A program made the translations under genes and the position numbers. Source: a virus. Taken from it: a stretch of DNA of 64,000 nt. Under the pieces are notes generated by a model. The model made no database searches and had not been told where the DNA came from. It was given only the letters and a program-made list of their open reading frames with translations. Location of the stretch: the IMG/VR virus record IMGVR_UViG_3300036802_000013, positions 306-64,305 of that record; one strand, written 5' to 3'. How positions within the stretch are numbered: position 1 is the first letter of the stretch; the number at the start of each line of letters is the position of its first letter. Positions 27,608-37,728 of the stretch are shown one piece after another.

Positions 27608-27737
27608 CCTCCTTTAATTTGTTTACCTTTATTTACATTCATATACACGTTTTGCCTAGTTAGAAGTACATATATGTGAAGAGGTTGCGTAGTTTTCTGC
27701 GCAGCTTTTTCGTATTCCTATCGAAAGGGGGCGTTTC

Positions 27738-28022
27738 ATGGAAACGTCAAATATGTGTTTCAGTTCGGCATTACTTGCGCTAAAAGCAGGTAAGCGAGTA
27801 GCACGTCGGGGCTGGAATGGTAAAAACATGTATATCGTTAAGCAAAATGGATATCCGCAAGGCATCCCGATTAATAAGAATACTGCGGAAGCAACGGGTT
27901 TACCCGAAGGTACTGTATGCAAGTTCTTGCCGTACCTAATGATGAAAACCGCAGATAATTCGTTCGTGCCGTGGTTAGCATCGCAGACCGATTTAATGGC
28001 AGAAGACTGGGAGCTAGTATAG
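27738..28022 (+). CDS. tad2: DUF2829 / Tad2-family anti-Thoeris sponge protein
   Basis: F..AL.ALK.GK.VAR.GWNGK.M ... VPWLASQTDL.AEDW. Confidence 0.8.
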   Translation: METSNMCFSSALLALKAGKRVARRGWNGKNMYIVKQNGYPQGIPINKNTAEATGLPEGTVCKFLPYLMMKTADNSFVPWLASQTDLMAEDWELV

Positions 28023-28049
28023 ACGCAAAAAAGACGCTCGTATGAGCGC

Positions 28050-28598
28050 CTACAGGTTTAGTTTTATATAAACATCGTCTATATTGTCTTGCGTGATTCC
28101 AATGTATCGCATAGTGTGCTTTTCGCTGCTATGACCGAACACACTTTGTAAGGTCGTAAGCGGCGTACCAGCCTTGTATGCGTGGTGTCCGAAGGTTTTA
28201 CGTAGTGTATGCGTACCGATTTCGCTTATGCCTGCTTTCGCAGCAGCTTCGTTAAGTATTCGGTATGCTTGCACACGTCCTATCGGCTTTCCACCTTTAC
28301 GAGAAGGGAACATGTAAGCAGTATCGCTATATTCGATGCCTTGCTCTTTTATCTCTCGTTTAACCGCAGTACTTAAAGCCAAACGGCGAGCTTTTCCCGT
28401 CTTCTGTTCAACTACGATAAGATGCTTTTTAAATCTTCCGTTTTCTTCGTAGAAGTCGGACACTTTCAGCGCCAGCAGGTCGGAAATACGAAGACCTAAG
28501 TTAATCCCTAAAACAAATATTAATTTATTTCTACCCGATAGGTATTTTTTCATTGAGCTAATCTTTCTTTTATCTCTAATTGGTTGTACTTCATTCAT
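28050..28598 (-). CDS. Tyrosine recombinase, catalytic domain only (resolvase-like)
   Basis: GLRISD, K, HTLRKTF, GH, Y catalytic residues; start MNEVQPIRD after RBS; SigA promoter 28650-28679. Confidence 0.9.
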   Translation of the reverse strand: MNEVQPIRDKRKISSMKKYLSGRNKLIFVLGINLGLRISDLLALKVSDFYEENGRFKKHLIVVEQKTGKARRLALSTAVKREIKEQGIEYSDTAYMFPSRKGGKPIGRVQAYRILNEAAAKAGISEIGTHTLRKTFGHHAYKAGTPLTTLQSVFGHSSEKHTMRYIGITQDNIDDVYIKLNL

Positions 28599-28712
28599 AA
28601 GTGTTGTCACCTTCCGTATGTATCTCTTTTGTAATTGTGTTACATTCACATTATAAGGGCGATAGCGTGAAGTTGTCAACGCTTTTTTATTTCTAACGAA
28701 AGGGGCGAGAAC

Positions 28713-29132
28713 ATGGCATCTAAAAAAGAGCTTGAATCGAAGCTAAATCTTAAACAACGAGAGGCTGCGTTAATGCTAGTCGAGAATGAGTTAAGCGACG
28801 GCGACGAGAAACGAACGCAGGAGGAAATCGCAGAAGACTTAGGTATCACGAGAATGTGCCTATACAAATGGCGCACTCAAAATCGAGAGTTCATCGAATA
28901 TAAGAACATCTTAGCGGACGAGTTCTTTAGCGAAAAGCGAGCTTTCGTATATCGACAACTGTTTAAGCTAATCGGCGGCAGCCAGCCAAGCGTAAAGGCA
29001 ATCGACTTATACATGCGACGTCATGGTTTATTAACAGACAAGCAAGTAATCGAAGACCACACTACAGGCGGCGCACGTACGGACGAGCAGCTACAGAAAG
29101 AACTAAAAGAGCTAGACGAATTACTAAAATAA
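28713..29132 (+). CDS. Terminase small subunit (HTH)
   Basis: TQEEIAEDLGITR..LYKWR; upstream of terL. Confidence 0.8.
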   Translation: MASKKELESKLNLKQREAALMLVENELSDGDEKRTQEEIAEDLGITRMCLYKWRTQNREFIEYKNILADEFFSEKRAFVYRQLFKLIGGSQPSVKAIDLYMRRHGLLTDKQVIEDHTTGGARTDEQLQKELKELDELLK

Positions 29133-29145
29133 AGGAGCTGATTTT

Positions 29146-30906
29146 ATGGCATGGGTGGGTGATAGATTCCTAAATAGAGAAGAAAGAACGGCACGCATAG
29201 CGCTCGTAGAAGAGCGCTTGCGCAAGCTCGTAGAGCTGTATAAGGCAGACAAGGCGAGCGAGTACCACGTAGAAACTATGCTGCGTGATAAAGAAGAACT
29301 AAAACGACTAAAGCGGGTACACCGTGCAGAAGTAGATAACGCATTCTTTACGATGGAATATCTAAGCGACGGCGGAAACCCCGAAAACGAGGATAACATT
29401 ATACAAAATAGTGACGATGGGTCACCGCACCAAGACCTAGACGAAATGGCGGGAATACATAAGGAGTTCTTCGCATTGTGTGACGAAGTAGACAAGGGTA
29501 CAGGTGTTAACTTAGGTATCGCAGCACCCCGAGGACACTCGAAGTCTGGTATTTTCAGTAATGCGTACGTTTTAAAGGGCATCGCATTCCGCCAGCTTTC
29601 GCACCGTTACGTACTAGTTATCTCGGAAACCGACAACCTATCGAAAAAACTTATCGGCTGGTGTAATAAGCAGCTTAAATTCAATAAGAAGTTAATCGAA
29701 GACTTCGGGCGTCTAATGCACGAGCAAAACACACGCAACGAGAAGGACAACGAAGAGGCGTTTATCACATTAGATAACCAACTAGTCGAGGCATCATCGT
29801 CAGGGAAGCAATTACGTGGAAAACGCCACGGCGCACTAAGACCTACAACATGCGTGACGGACGATCCTTCCAGTACGAATAATGAAGGGACGAAAGAAGC
29901 CCGAGAGAAGTTAATCGAGTGGTACAATGCGGTAGTTTTACCTATCGGGTCGAAGACCACTAACCAAATCATGGTAGGTACGATGGTATCTGCGACAGGT
30001 TTACTAGCGCACGTACTAAAACGCCGTGATTTTAAATCATGTTTCTATGACGCAATCGTAAGCGAACCCGACCACCCGAAACTATGGGAAGAGTACATAG
30101 ACTTGTACTTACACGGCGAAGAGGGCGAGTGCGAAGAGTTCTACGACAAGAATCTACCATTACTTAACATGGGAATCGAGACGGCGTGGGAATGGCGCTG
30201 GACATACAAAGCGCTAATGGAGCGTAAAGCGAACATGGGTACAAAGACCTTTAACTCGGAGTACAGAAACCGAGCATTCTCGGAAGATGAAAAGTTCTTC
30301 TTCGCAGAAAACTTCGGATACTACTACTATGCTACCGACCCAATAACGCACGCTAGGAGCTGCGTATACGATGGCGAGCATTATAGCCTAGCCGACATGT
30401 CAATTAGTGCGGCGTGGGATATCGCTATGGGTAAGAGCGCTCGCAGTTGTTACAATTCATTCATCATTACGGGACGCCACGAAGCAACGGGGCGTATTTT
30501 TGTGTTGGAAGAATATGCAACGAAAGAGCCACCTCATAAATTCATGGAAGGTATTGTGCAGCGTGTAGCATCATACCGCCCAAACATTCTAGTAGTCGAA
30601 ACTATCAACGCACAGCACGAGTTCTACCGCCAGTTGCAAATGGAGCTACCACGACGAGGGCTATACACTACGAAGGTCGTCGATGTCAAGGGGCATAAGT
30701 CTTCGAAAGAGCAACGTATCGAATCATTAGAGCCTTACTGCGTCAACAAAACGCTGATTTTCAACAAGTCGCACAAGATGCTAATAGAGCAGCTAGACGA
30801 GTACCCGTTCGGTGACTACGTAGACTCGGCGGACGCATTACAGATGTCAGTAGAACACGTAGCACGCTCTCGTGGCGTTGTTCGTGATAAACCTTTATGG
30901 ATGTAA
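29146..30906 (+). CDS. terL: Terminase large subunit
   Basis: APRGHSKS, LRG, DD Walker B, VGT, WD.A nuclease, D..DA. Confidence 0.9.
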   Translation: MAWVGDRFLNREERTARIALVEERLRKLVELYKADKASEYHVETMLRDKEELKRLKRVHRAEVDNAFFTMEYLSDGGNPENEDNIIQNSDDGSPHQDLDEMAGIHKEFFALCDEVDKGTGVNLGIAAPRGHSKSGIFSNAYVLKGIAFRQLSHRYVLVISETDNLSKKLIGWCNKQLKFNKKLIEDFGRLMHEQNTRNEKDNEEAFITLDNQLVEASSSGKQLRGKRHGALRPTTCVTDDPSSTNNEGTKEAREKLIEWYNAVVLPIGSKTTNQIMVGTMVSATGLLAHVLKRRDFKSCFYDAIVSEPDHPKLWEEYIDLYLHGEEGECEEFYDKNLPLLNMGIETAWEWRWTYKALMERKANMGTKTFNSEYRNRAFSEDEKFFFAENFGYYYYATDPITHARSCVYDGEHYSLADMSISAAWDIAMGKSARSCYNSFIITGRHEATGRIFVLEEYATKEPPHKFMEGIVQRVASYRPNILVVETINAQHEFYRQLQMELPRRGLYTTKVVDVKGHKSSKEQRIESLEPYCVNKTLIFNKSHKMLIEQLDEYPFGDYVDSADALQMSVEHVARSRGVVRDKPLWM

Positions 30907-30908
30907 TA

Positions 30909-30937
30909 CCAAACTTTTAGCGGGCTTGCGCCTAGAG
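30909..30937 (+). promoter_or_regulatory. Phage-specific promoter motif
   Basis: ccaa-N15-gcgcctagag. Confidence 0.7.
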
Positions 30938-30977
30938 AAACGAGAAGGGCGCAAAGCTCACTAAAAACTAGGAGGTC

Positions 30978-31469
30978 ATGAACATGACAAAAGAAGCAGT
31001 AGTACAAACAGACGAATTTAAGCCGAAGGTAGAGGTAGCGAAGTTACGAGTATATTTAGCGTCTCCATTCTTTAACGAGGAAGAAATCGAACGAGTAGCA
31101 TTCGTAGAGAAGGTATTACGTGATAAGGGGCTAGATGTTTTCTCACCACGAGAACACCAAAACGAACAGCTAACATTCGGCAGCGTAGAGTGGCGCAAAG
31201 CTACTTATAAAAATGACGTAGAGCATATCGTATCTTGCGATATCGTAGTCGCAGTTCACTCGACGGATAGCGGTACAAACTGGGAGCTAGGCGCAGCTCA
31301 TGCAATTAATCGCCCAGTGATCTTATTCGACGACAATACAGACTTACCAAAAAACATCATGCTTACGGAAAGTGCATACGCATTCTTAGAATCTCGTAAG
31401 GCATTAGAAGAATACGACTTCGATGCACGACCATTACAGCATGTTTACTACGAAGGCGAAGTTATCTAA
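30978..31469 (+). CDS. Nucleoside 2-deoxyribosyltransferase family protein
   Basis: VYLASPFF, FSP, ND, DSGTNWELG.A, N.ML. Confidence 0.88.
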   Translation: MNMTKEAVVQTDEFKPKVEVAKLRVYLASPFFNEEEIERVAFVEKVLRDKGLDVFSPREHQNEQLTFGSVEWRKATYKNDVEHIVSCDIVVAVHSTDSGTNWELGAAHAINRPVILFDDNTDLPKNIMLTESAYAFLESRKALEEYDFDARPLQHVYYEGEVI

Positions 31470-31517
31470 TCAAGGGCGCTCTAAGCGCCTTTTTTATTTA
31501 TAGAAGGGGGAAAGGAA

Positions 31518-33152
31518 ATGGATATACTAAAACGAAAGAAACACGACGAGACAAACGAGTACGAATACAAGCCCAATAACACGCTTTTCGAGACGGGCAA
31601 GGTGTTTCCACCTACGGACGACTTAGAACGTCTAGCACGGTACGAGAAGGGGCGCAGACTGTACGAAGGGAAGTTTAAAGACCTACCACAACGAGCGCAG
31701 CTATTACTAAAGGACACGCCGCACGCAGGTCGCTTAAAATCGCTGTACCTTGCGGTAAACCTACTGGACATCATCGTACACAAACCCGCTGATTTAATGT
31801 TCAACGAAGACCCGACGTTCGAAAGCGGAAAGAGCGCAAAGAGCATCGAACAAACTCGCTTAACCTCTATCATAGAAGAAAACGACATCGACTCGCTAGG
31901 GCAAGAGCTAGTAGTGGGCGCAGGTATTCGAGGCGATTCGTTCATTAAAACGTATTTCTCGTATCGACAAGACTTTAGCGAACTACCATTCGTACCCGAA
32001 GGCGTACAGATGGAAGCTATTATAGAGTCGCAAGACCCAGCTACGGTATTCCCCGAGCTATCACGAGGCAGTAAAAAGAGATTTAAAGCTATTAATATAG
32101 CGCAAGTAGAGTGGGTTATTCAGCCCGACGGAAAAGAGACGCCTTACTTAAACGTAGAACGCCATATCGCAGGCTACATTCAGTACCGCCGATTCCGATT
32201 AAGTGAAACTACTAAAATCTCGAATGAGTACGGAATCCCGCAGACGCAGTACGACATATTAGAAGAAGTCGCTACAGAACATGCGAAGAACCTAGTAGAG
32301 ACAGGCGTGCCGATGTTACTAGTTAACCACGTACCGCATAAGTCTACCGATGCGCACTGGGAAGGCATCAGCACTACAGAGAAAATCGAATCGTTAGTCT
32401 ATGCCATCAACGACCGTCTAACGCAAATCGACTATATTCTCATGAAGCATAGCGATCCTACGGCGTACGGAGCAGACCTATTAAACGTCGAGCTTTCATG
32501 GGGTGGCAGATACATTCCAGTACGAAAAGACGAAGTAGCACCCGCTTACATGACGTGGGACGGGAAACTCTCGGACGCTATGAAAGAGCTGGAAACACTG
32601 ATTAACTTAGTTTTCCAAGTTTCAGAGACGCCACAATGGTTATTCGGTACGACAATCGGAAACGCAGGCGGTACAGGAACGTCGCACACCGACGGTGCAG
32701 CGATTAAAGCTCGTTTCATGCCGATTCTATCGAAAGTAAAACGTATTCGTACGCACTTAGATAGAGCATTGCGAGACGCTTTATACAGCGCCCAACTACT
32801 GGAAAACTTCGCAAACGAAGGAAACCCGCTATTTAAGTCGTACACGCCAGTTTATCCAAAGATCAGATGGAGAGACGGAATCCCAGCGAACGAAAAAGAG
32901 TTAGCCGAAGTAATGCAAATCCGTACAGGTGGACGCCCTACAATCGACGTGCGTACAGCTATTAAGGTACAAGATAGCTTAGACGATGCACAAGCCGAGG
33001 AAATCATGGGACGCATCGAAGAGGACGGAGCGCAAGACCGCCTAGCAACGCCGAGCATCTTTAACGAGCATGACCCGCTAGCTAACGATCCGACAGTACA
33101 AAGCCCGAACGACCCTAACGCCCAGCCAGCGCAGAAAGCAGCGGGCGAGTAA
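31518..33152 (+). CDS. Portal protein (SPP1 gp6-like)
   Basis: Position, 544 aa, helical with acidic tail. Confidence 0.8.
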   Translation: MDILKRKKHDETNEYEYKPNNTLFETGKVFPPTDDLERLARYEKGRRLYEGKFKDLPQRAQLLLKDTPHAGRLKSLYLAVNLLDIIVHKPADLMFNEDPTFESGKSAKSIEQTRLTSIIEENDIDSLGQELVVGAGIRGDSFIKTYFSYRQDFSELPFVPEGVQMEAIIESQDPATVFPELSRGSKKRFKAINIAQVEWVIQPDGKETPYLNVERHIAGYIQYRRFRLSETTKISNEYGIPQTQYDILEEVATEHAKNLVETGVPMLLVNHVPHKSTDAHWEGISTTEKIESLVYAINDRLTQIDYILMKHSDPTAYGADLLNVELSWGGRYIPVRKDEVAPAYMTWDGKLSDAMKELETLINLVFQVSETPQWLFGTTIGNAGGTGTSHTDGAAIKARFMPILSKVKRIRTHLDRALRDALYSAQLLENFANEGNPLFKSYTPVYPKIRWRDGIPANEKELAEVMQIRTGGRPTIDVRTAIKVQDSLDDAQAEEIMGRIEEDGAQDRLATPSIFNEHDPLANDPTVQSPNDPNAQPAQKAAGE

Positions 33153-33155
33153 TAA

Positions 33156-34112
33156 ATGAACATTCTACCAATCGAAGGTAGAGCAGTACCGCAGCCGTCT
33201 TACGACTACAAAGTAGGGCGGCTCGTACGTCTTTATAAGAAGGCTTTAAAAGAGATTCAGAGAGAACTAGGTCGGGCGGACGTTACTAATTTAAGTAGGG
33301 CTAACTCATATGCGTTAATGCGCAGCATTCAAGGAAGATTACTAGAGCTAGACAAAGAGGCAGTTAAGTGGATTCGTGAGAATATCCCCGAAGCTACGAA
33401 GCAGGGTACAGCATCGGCATTAGTATCGCTGGGCTACGTGGACACTATCGAAGAGGCTATGTTAATCGCTAGATTCAATCAGACGAACAGACTTCTAGTA
33501 GAAAGCGCAGTAGCGCAATCGCAGAAAGATGTACTAGCAATCACGCAAAACATGAATCTACAGATACAAAAGAAGATACAACAAATAACCCTAAAGGCGA
33601 TAAGTGAAAATATCACGCTAGGGTACGGAATGAAAACTATTCGAAATGAAATGCGAGATCGTATTAAGGAACTACAGGAAGAGCTAAAGGATTCCGCTAA
33701 CGTCGCTATCATCGACTCGGCTTCGAGAAAATGGACAGTCGAACACTACACGGAAATGTTAGCACGCACGAAGTTAACCCAAATACACACACAGGCAACC
33801 CGAAACGAGGCGGTAGACCGTGGGGCATTATATGCGACTATAAGTGTTAACCCTAAAACGTGGGACGCTTGCCGCTATCATCAAGGGCGCATTATTAAAC
33901 TCGACCCAAATGCAGAAGGCAGCTACCCGACCTACGAAGAGTTGCAACGTTCGGGGCAGATATTCCACCCGAATTGCAAACACCACATACAGCCGTTTCG
34001 TATGGTAGAACGATTAAGCGAATCAGCTAGAGAAATAGCCGAAAAGCAGAACGAACTAGGTACGAAAGCAATCGAAGCGGGCGGACGTAAGCCAAACGTA
34101 GAAGAAAACTAA
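33156..34112 (+). CDS. Minor capsid / head morphogenesis protein
   Basis: Y..M..RT...C...G...HPNC.H. Confidence 0.8.
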   Translation: MNILPIEGRAVPQPSYDYKVGRLVRLYKKALKEIQRELGRADVTNLSRANSYALMRSIQGRLLELDKEAVKWIRENIPEATKQGTASALVSLGYVDTIEEAMLIARFNQTNRLLVESAVAQSQKDVLAITQNMNLQIQKKIQQITLKAISENITLGYGMKTIRNEMRDRIKELQEELKDSANVAIIDSASRKWTVEHYTEMLARTKLTQIHTQATRNEAVDRGALYATISVNPKTWDACRYHQGRIIKLDPNAEGSYPTYEELQRSGQIFHPNCKHHIQPFRMVERLSESAREIAEKQNELGTKAIEAGGRKPNVEEN

Positions 34113-34261
34113 AAAACTTTAAAAAAGTTTACATCAGTATGCAAGAATCACACGGTCAGTCGCACATATAGGTGAGGAAGTAAGAAACGATTTCCTTGCC
34201 TACGATGGGCTACAGTCGGACAACTACACTATAAGCGATGGCTTTAAAACAGGGGGACAAC

Positions 34262-34921
34262 ATGGAAGAAGAAACAAAAACACCCGAAACGCAAACAGGC
34301 GGAGAAGAAACGAAAGAAGAAGGTAATCAAACCGAAGAGCTAAAGCAGTTCACGCAGAAGCAAATCGACGAAATGATTATCGCAGCTAAACAACAAGTAA
34401 AGAAGAAGTTCGCAGATTACGACGAAGTTAAAGCGAAAGCCGAAGAGTTAGAAAAAGCTCGAAAAGAGGCAGAACTAGCGGAAATGGGCGAGTTAGAGCG
34501 TACGAAAACTTCTTTAACTGAAAAAGACGAAGAGCTAGCGAAACTACAGAAGCAAATTGCAGACATGGAGTTATCGCAAAAGCGTACTACTGTTATGAGT
34601 GCATTCGAAACGGCAGCTCTAGGAGCTAACATTCCAGCTAAGTATTTAGCAGACGCTAAAGTACTCGCAGGTGTATCCGAAGAAACGGACGTGGAGAAAA
34701 TCGAAGAGTTAGTAACGAAGCTAGTAGCGGAGAAACCTTTCTTAGTAGAAGTAAAAGCACCACAACAGAAGCAAATCGGCGACCCTTCTAATAATGTCCC
34801 AAAAGTCAATGATAAGACTAATGCGGAATTACTAGCAGAGGCAGCAGCGAAAGCAAAGCGCACTCAACGCATGGAGGACAAGCTAGAGTACGTAAATCTT
34901 AAAGCGAAGTTAGGTATGTAG
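34262..34921 (+). CDS. Scaffold protein
   Basis: FTQ..ID, coiled coil, upstream of the capsid gene. Confidence 0.8.
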   Translation: MEEETKTPETQTGGEETKEEGNQTEELKQFTQKQIDEMIIAAKQQVKKKFADYDEVKAKAEELEKARKEAELAEMGELERTKTSLTEKDEELAKLQKQIADMELSQKRTTVMSAFETAALGANIPAKYLADAKVLAGVSEETDVEKIEELVTKLVAEKPFLVEVKAPQQKQIGDPSNNVPKVNDKTNAELLAEAAAKAKRTQRMEDKLEYVNLKAKLGM

Positions 34922-35034
34922 TTGTCAAATGACATCTTACGCCTTTCAGTATACACAACGAAAACAACGAAGTCAAGCGCCTTTTTAGGCGCTATTTTTA
35001 ATTCATCGGAAAACGAAAAGGGGAGAAAACAACA

Positions 35035-36123
35035 ATGACAAAGGTATACAATAACGACTTAATCGGCAAGAAGGAGTCCGTAGTAGACGAGTTTATGCTA
35101 TTAAACCCACTACAAACGCCAATGCTTTCATTAGTAGGTTTCGGTACAGCCGTAACTAGCGTGGAGCATACATGGTTCGAGGACGAAATGTTCGCAACAG
35201 AAGGAAAGACTAAAGCAGCAGCTTTAATCGACGCTACAGAAGTGTCAGTAGAAGCGACAGACGCATTCCGTCAAGGTCAAGTAGTTAAAGTCGGCGAAGA
35301 GTTACTATTAGTAGCAACAGTAGCAGGCGACAAGTTAACTGTAGTACGTGGATATGCGGGTACAGTAGCAGCAGCTATCGTTAAGGGCGCAGTAATCGAA
35401 GTAATGTTCGTAGAGGGTTCAGAAGGTGCAGACGCACGAGACGCTCGTTACAAGCCTCGTAAACGTGTTTCTAACATTACGCAAATCTTCGACGAGTCTG
35501 TAGAAATCTCGGGTACAGCTATGGCAGTAGCTCAATTCGGAGTAGATAACGAGTACGAGAAAGAGAAGCAGAAGAAACAGTTAGAGCTAGCTCTTCAATT
35601 AGAGAAGGCAGTTATTAACGGTATTCGCTACGAGCAAGGTAATAAGCGTATGATGCGTGGTATTCGTTCATTCATCGAAACTAACGTAATCCCAGCAGGT
35701 AACAAAGCTATCACGGACGCTAACCTAATCGAAGCATTCCGTAAAATCTTCGAGAAAGGCGGCTTTAACGCAGGCGGTAACTACAAAATCATCGTAGGCG
35801 CTACGCAAAAAATCGCTATCTCGGCTTTCGGTAATGCGCAAATCCGCTTAGACCGCATGGACAACGGACGAGGACAAGTAGTAGACCACTACGTATCTGA
35901 CTTCGGTGCAGCGGAAATCGTTCTTAACAACAACTTACCAGCAGGTGAGGTATTAATCGTGGACGCTAACCGTATCTCTATCCGTCCTTTACAAACTCGT
36001 GACTTCGCACATGAGTTCTTAGGTAAAACGGGTGACTACATGAAAGGTATGTTAGTCGGCGAGTACACGTTAGAAATGTTCCAAGAATCAGCACACGCTA
36101 AGATTACTGGTTTAGCAGTTTAA
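35035..36123 (+). CDS. Major capsid protein
   Basis: TP.LS, H.W.ED, N.TQIF, GEYTLE pattern; position. Confidence 0.85.
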   Translation: MTKVYNNDLIGKKESVVDEFMLLNPLQTPMLSLVGFGTAVTSVEHTWFEDEMFATEGKTKAAALIDATEVSVEATDAFRQGQVVKVGEELLLVATVAGDKLTVVRGYAGTVAAAIVKGAVIEVMFVEGSEGADARDARYKPRKRVSNITQIFDESVEISGTAMAVAQFGVDNEYEKEKQKKQLELALQLEKAVINGIRYEQGNKRMMRGIRSFIETNVIPAGNKAITDANLIEAFRKIFEKGGFNAGGNYKIIVGATQKIAISAFGNAQIRLDRMDNGRGQVVDHYVSDFGAAEIVLNNNLPAGEVLIVDANRISIRPLQTRDFAHEFLGKTGDYMKGMLVGEYTLEMFQESAHAKITGLAV

Positions 36124-36205
36124 TCGAAGCATACGGGCTAGGGCTTAATCGCTCTAGCTCTTTCTTTTTCAATAAATAAGATCAGCAGGAGAAGGAGGTA
36201 GACAG

Positions 36206-36607
36206 ATGGTTAAGATTACGGACGCAACCGAGTATATAAATGCGAATGTTATCTCTAATGAAGATTGGGTAGAAGCAGAGGACGACAAAAAGACTCGCTT
36301 ACTAAATGCATCAGAGCGAACGTTACGAGATAAATACGAAACAGCCGAGGTAATCCCAAACGAGGCAATATACGAATTTGCGGCGTACTTAGCTATCGTT
36401 TTCAACGACACTAACAAGATGCAGCAGCAAGGTATTGCGGGATTTAGTGTAACGGGAGTCGGTTCTTTCACCTTTAAAGAAAATAACGTAACTAGTGCAA
36501 TCGGACAGCCACTAGACGAGCTTATCCCTGTAAGCGTACAGCGCCTTATCGAAAAGGCAAACGACGGACTAGTACTTACAGGTCGTAAAGTGGGGTGGCT
36601 AATCTAA
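36206..36607 (+). CDS. Head-tail adaptor
   Basis: Position and size. Confidence 0.65.
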   Translation: MVKITDATEYINANVISNEDWVEAEDDKKTRLLNASERTLRDKYETAEVIPNEAIYEFAAYLAIVFNDTNKMQQQGIAGFSVTGVGSFTFKENNVTSAIGQPLDELIPVSVQRLIEKANDGLVLTGRKVGWLI

Positions 36608-36943
36608 ATGGCATTAGTACCTATGAAACAAACGCTAGTAAGACGAAGAGGCAGCGGCGAGCTGGATATCTTCGGGAAGCCAACGCAAGAAACAGAAGAG
36701 GTTACTTTTAAGTGCCGTGCGACAGAAGGGACTCATACGACAACAGACCGAGGCAGTCTAGTACAAGGTGCGGTAGTTGTTGCGGAAGTAAAATTCTTAC
36801 TCGACAAGTTAGCGGACATAACGTATGACGACGACTTAGAGTACATCAACGAGCTAGCAGCGGTATTCAGTGGCAAGCCAAAAAGTATAAAAGTATTGCG
36901 GGATATTGCAGGGAAACCAACGCTAACCGAGGTGCTACTATGA
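36608..36943 (+). CDS. Head closure protein
   Basis: Position; D.FG.P. Confidence 0.6.
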   Translation: MALVPMKQTLVRRRGSGELDIFGKPTQETEEVTFKCRATEGTHTTTDRGSLVQGAVVVAEVKFLLDKLADITYDDDLEYINELAAVFSGKPKSIKVLRDIAGKPTLTEVLL

Positions 36944-37347
36944 GCCTCGAAATCAATACGCAATCTTTCGACTTAGGTATGGTACGAATCGAAGCCGCAA
37001 CGCTATCAGCAGCGAAGACAGCCGTAAACGACTGCGTAGACGACCTTATACGTATCTCATCAAACATCGCACCGATAGATAAAAGTACACTTCGAAAATC
37101 ACACACGAAGTCAGTCACAGCCACGGCAAGCGGCGTTACAGGAGAGGTCGCATATAGTGCAACCGATAGCGGTAGAGGGCGCTTTAATTATGCACTTGCT
37201 ATGCACGAGTGGGTATACACACCGTCGCACGCAGGATCATACGAAGGCTACTACGTCGGACGAAAGTACTTAGAAAGACCACTAAAACAGGAGACGCCGA
37301 AGTACATGCGCTGGATTGGCGACGCAATTAAGGGAGGTATCGGGTAA
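36940..37347 (+). CDS. Neck / HK97 gp10-like protein
   Basis: APID..TLR.S, YA...HE, KYLE.P. Confidence 0.75.
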   Translation: MSLEINTQSFDLGMVRIEAATLSAAKTAVNDCVDDLIRISSNIAPIDKSTLRKSHTKSVTATASGVTGEVAYSATDSGRGRFNYALAMHEWVYTPSHAGSYEGYYVGRKYLERPLKQETPKYMRWIGDAIKGGIG

Positions 37348-37721
37348 TGCGTGTAGCAGAAGTTATCGAATATGTCAAGTCGCTCGTACCGCACACGTAT
37401 TACGCATACTCTTTTCCTACTAATAGCAAGGATGCGTGCGCACTTGTAATCGTAGACGGCGGCTTACCTACCGAAGAAACGGGCGTAAGTCGTCCAGCTA
37501 TTCAACTACTAGTACGAGGAAACGTAGACGACATCGGCGGCGCAGAAGCGACCGCATACGAGATATACGAAGCGCTTAAATATAAGCGTGATTTTATGAT
37601 AGGTGGCACGTCAGTAGTCGAAATGTTCGCAGGGCAATCAGCGCCGTTGTGGACAGGTAAAGACGAGGCGAAGCGACCTATTTTTTCTTTAAACTTTCAA
37701 CTAACAATCAGACCAAACTAA
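37347..37721 (+). CDS. Tail terminator / minor capsid protein
   Basis: P.IQ..VRG, D...R..FS.NF. Confidence 0.7.
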   Translation: MRVAEVIEYVKSLVPHTYYAYSFPTNSKDACALVIVDGGLPTEETGVSRPAIQLLVRGNVDDIGGAEATAYEIYEALKYKRDFMIGGTSVVEMFAGQSAPLWTGKDEAKRPIFSLNFQLTIRPN

Positions 37722-37728
37722 GGGGGAA

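Noticed and set aside
28050-28598. Chromosomal integrase
   Set aside because: Only 182 aa, lacks arm- and core-binding domains, and lies by the terminase rather than the repressor; better explained as a resolvase
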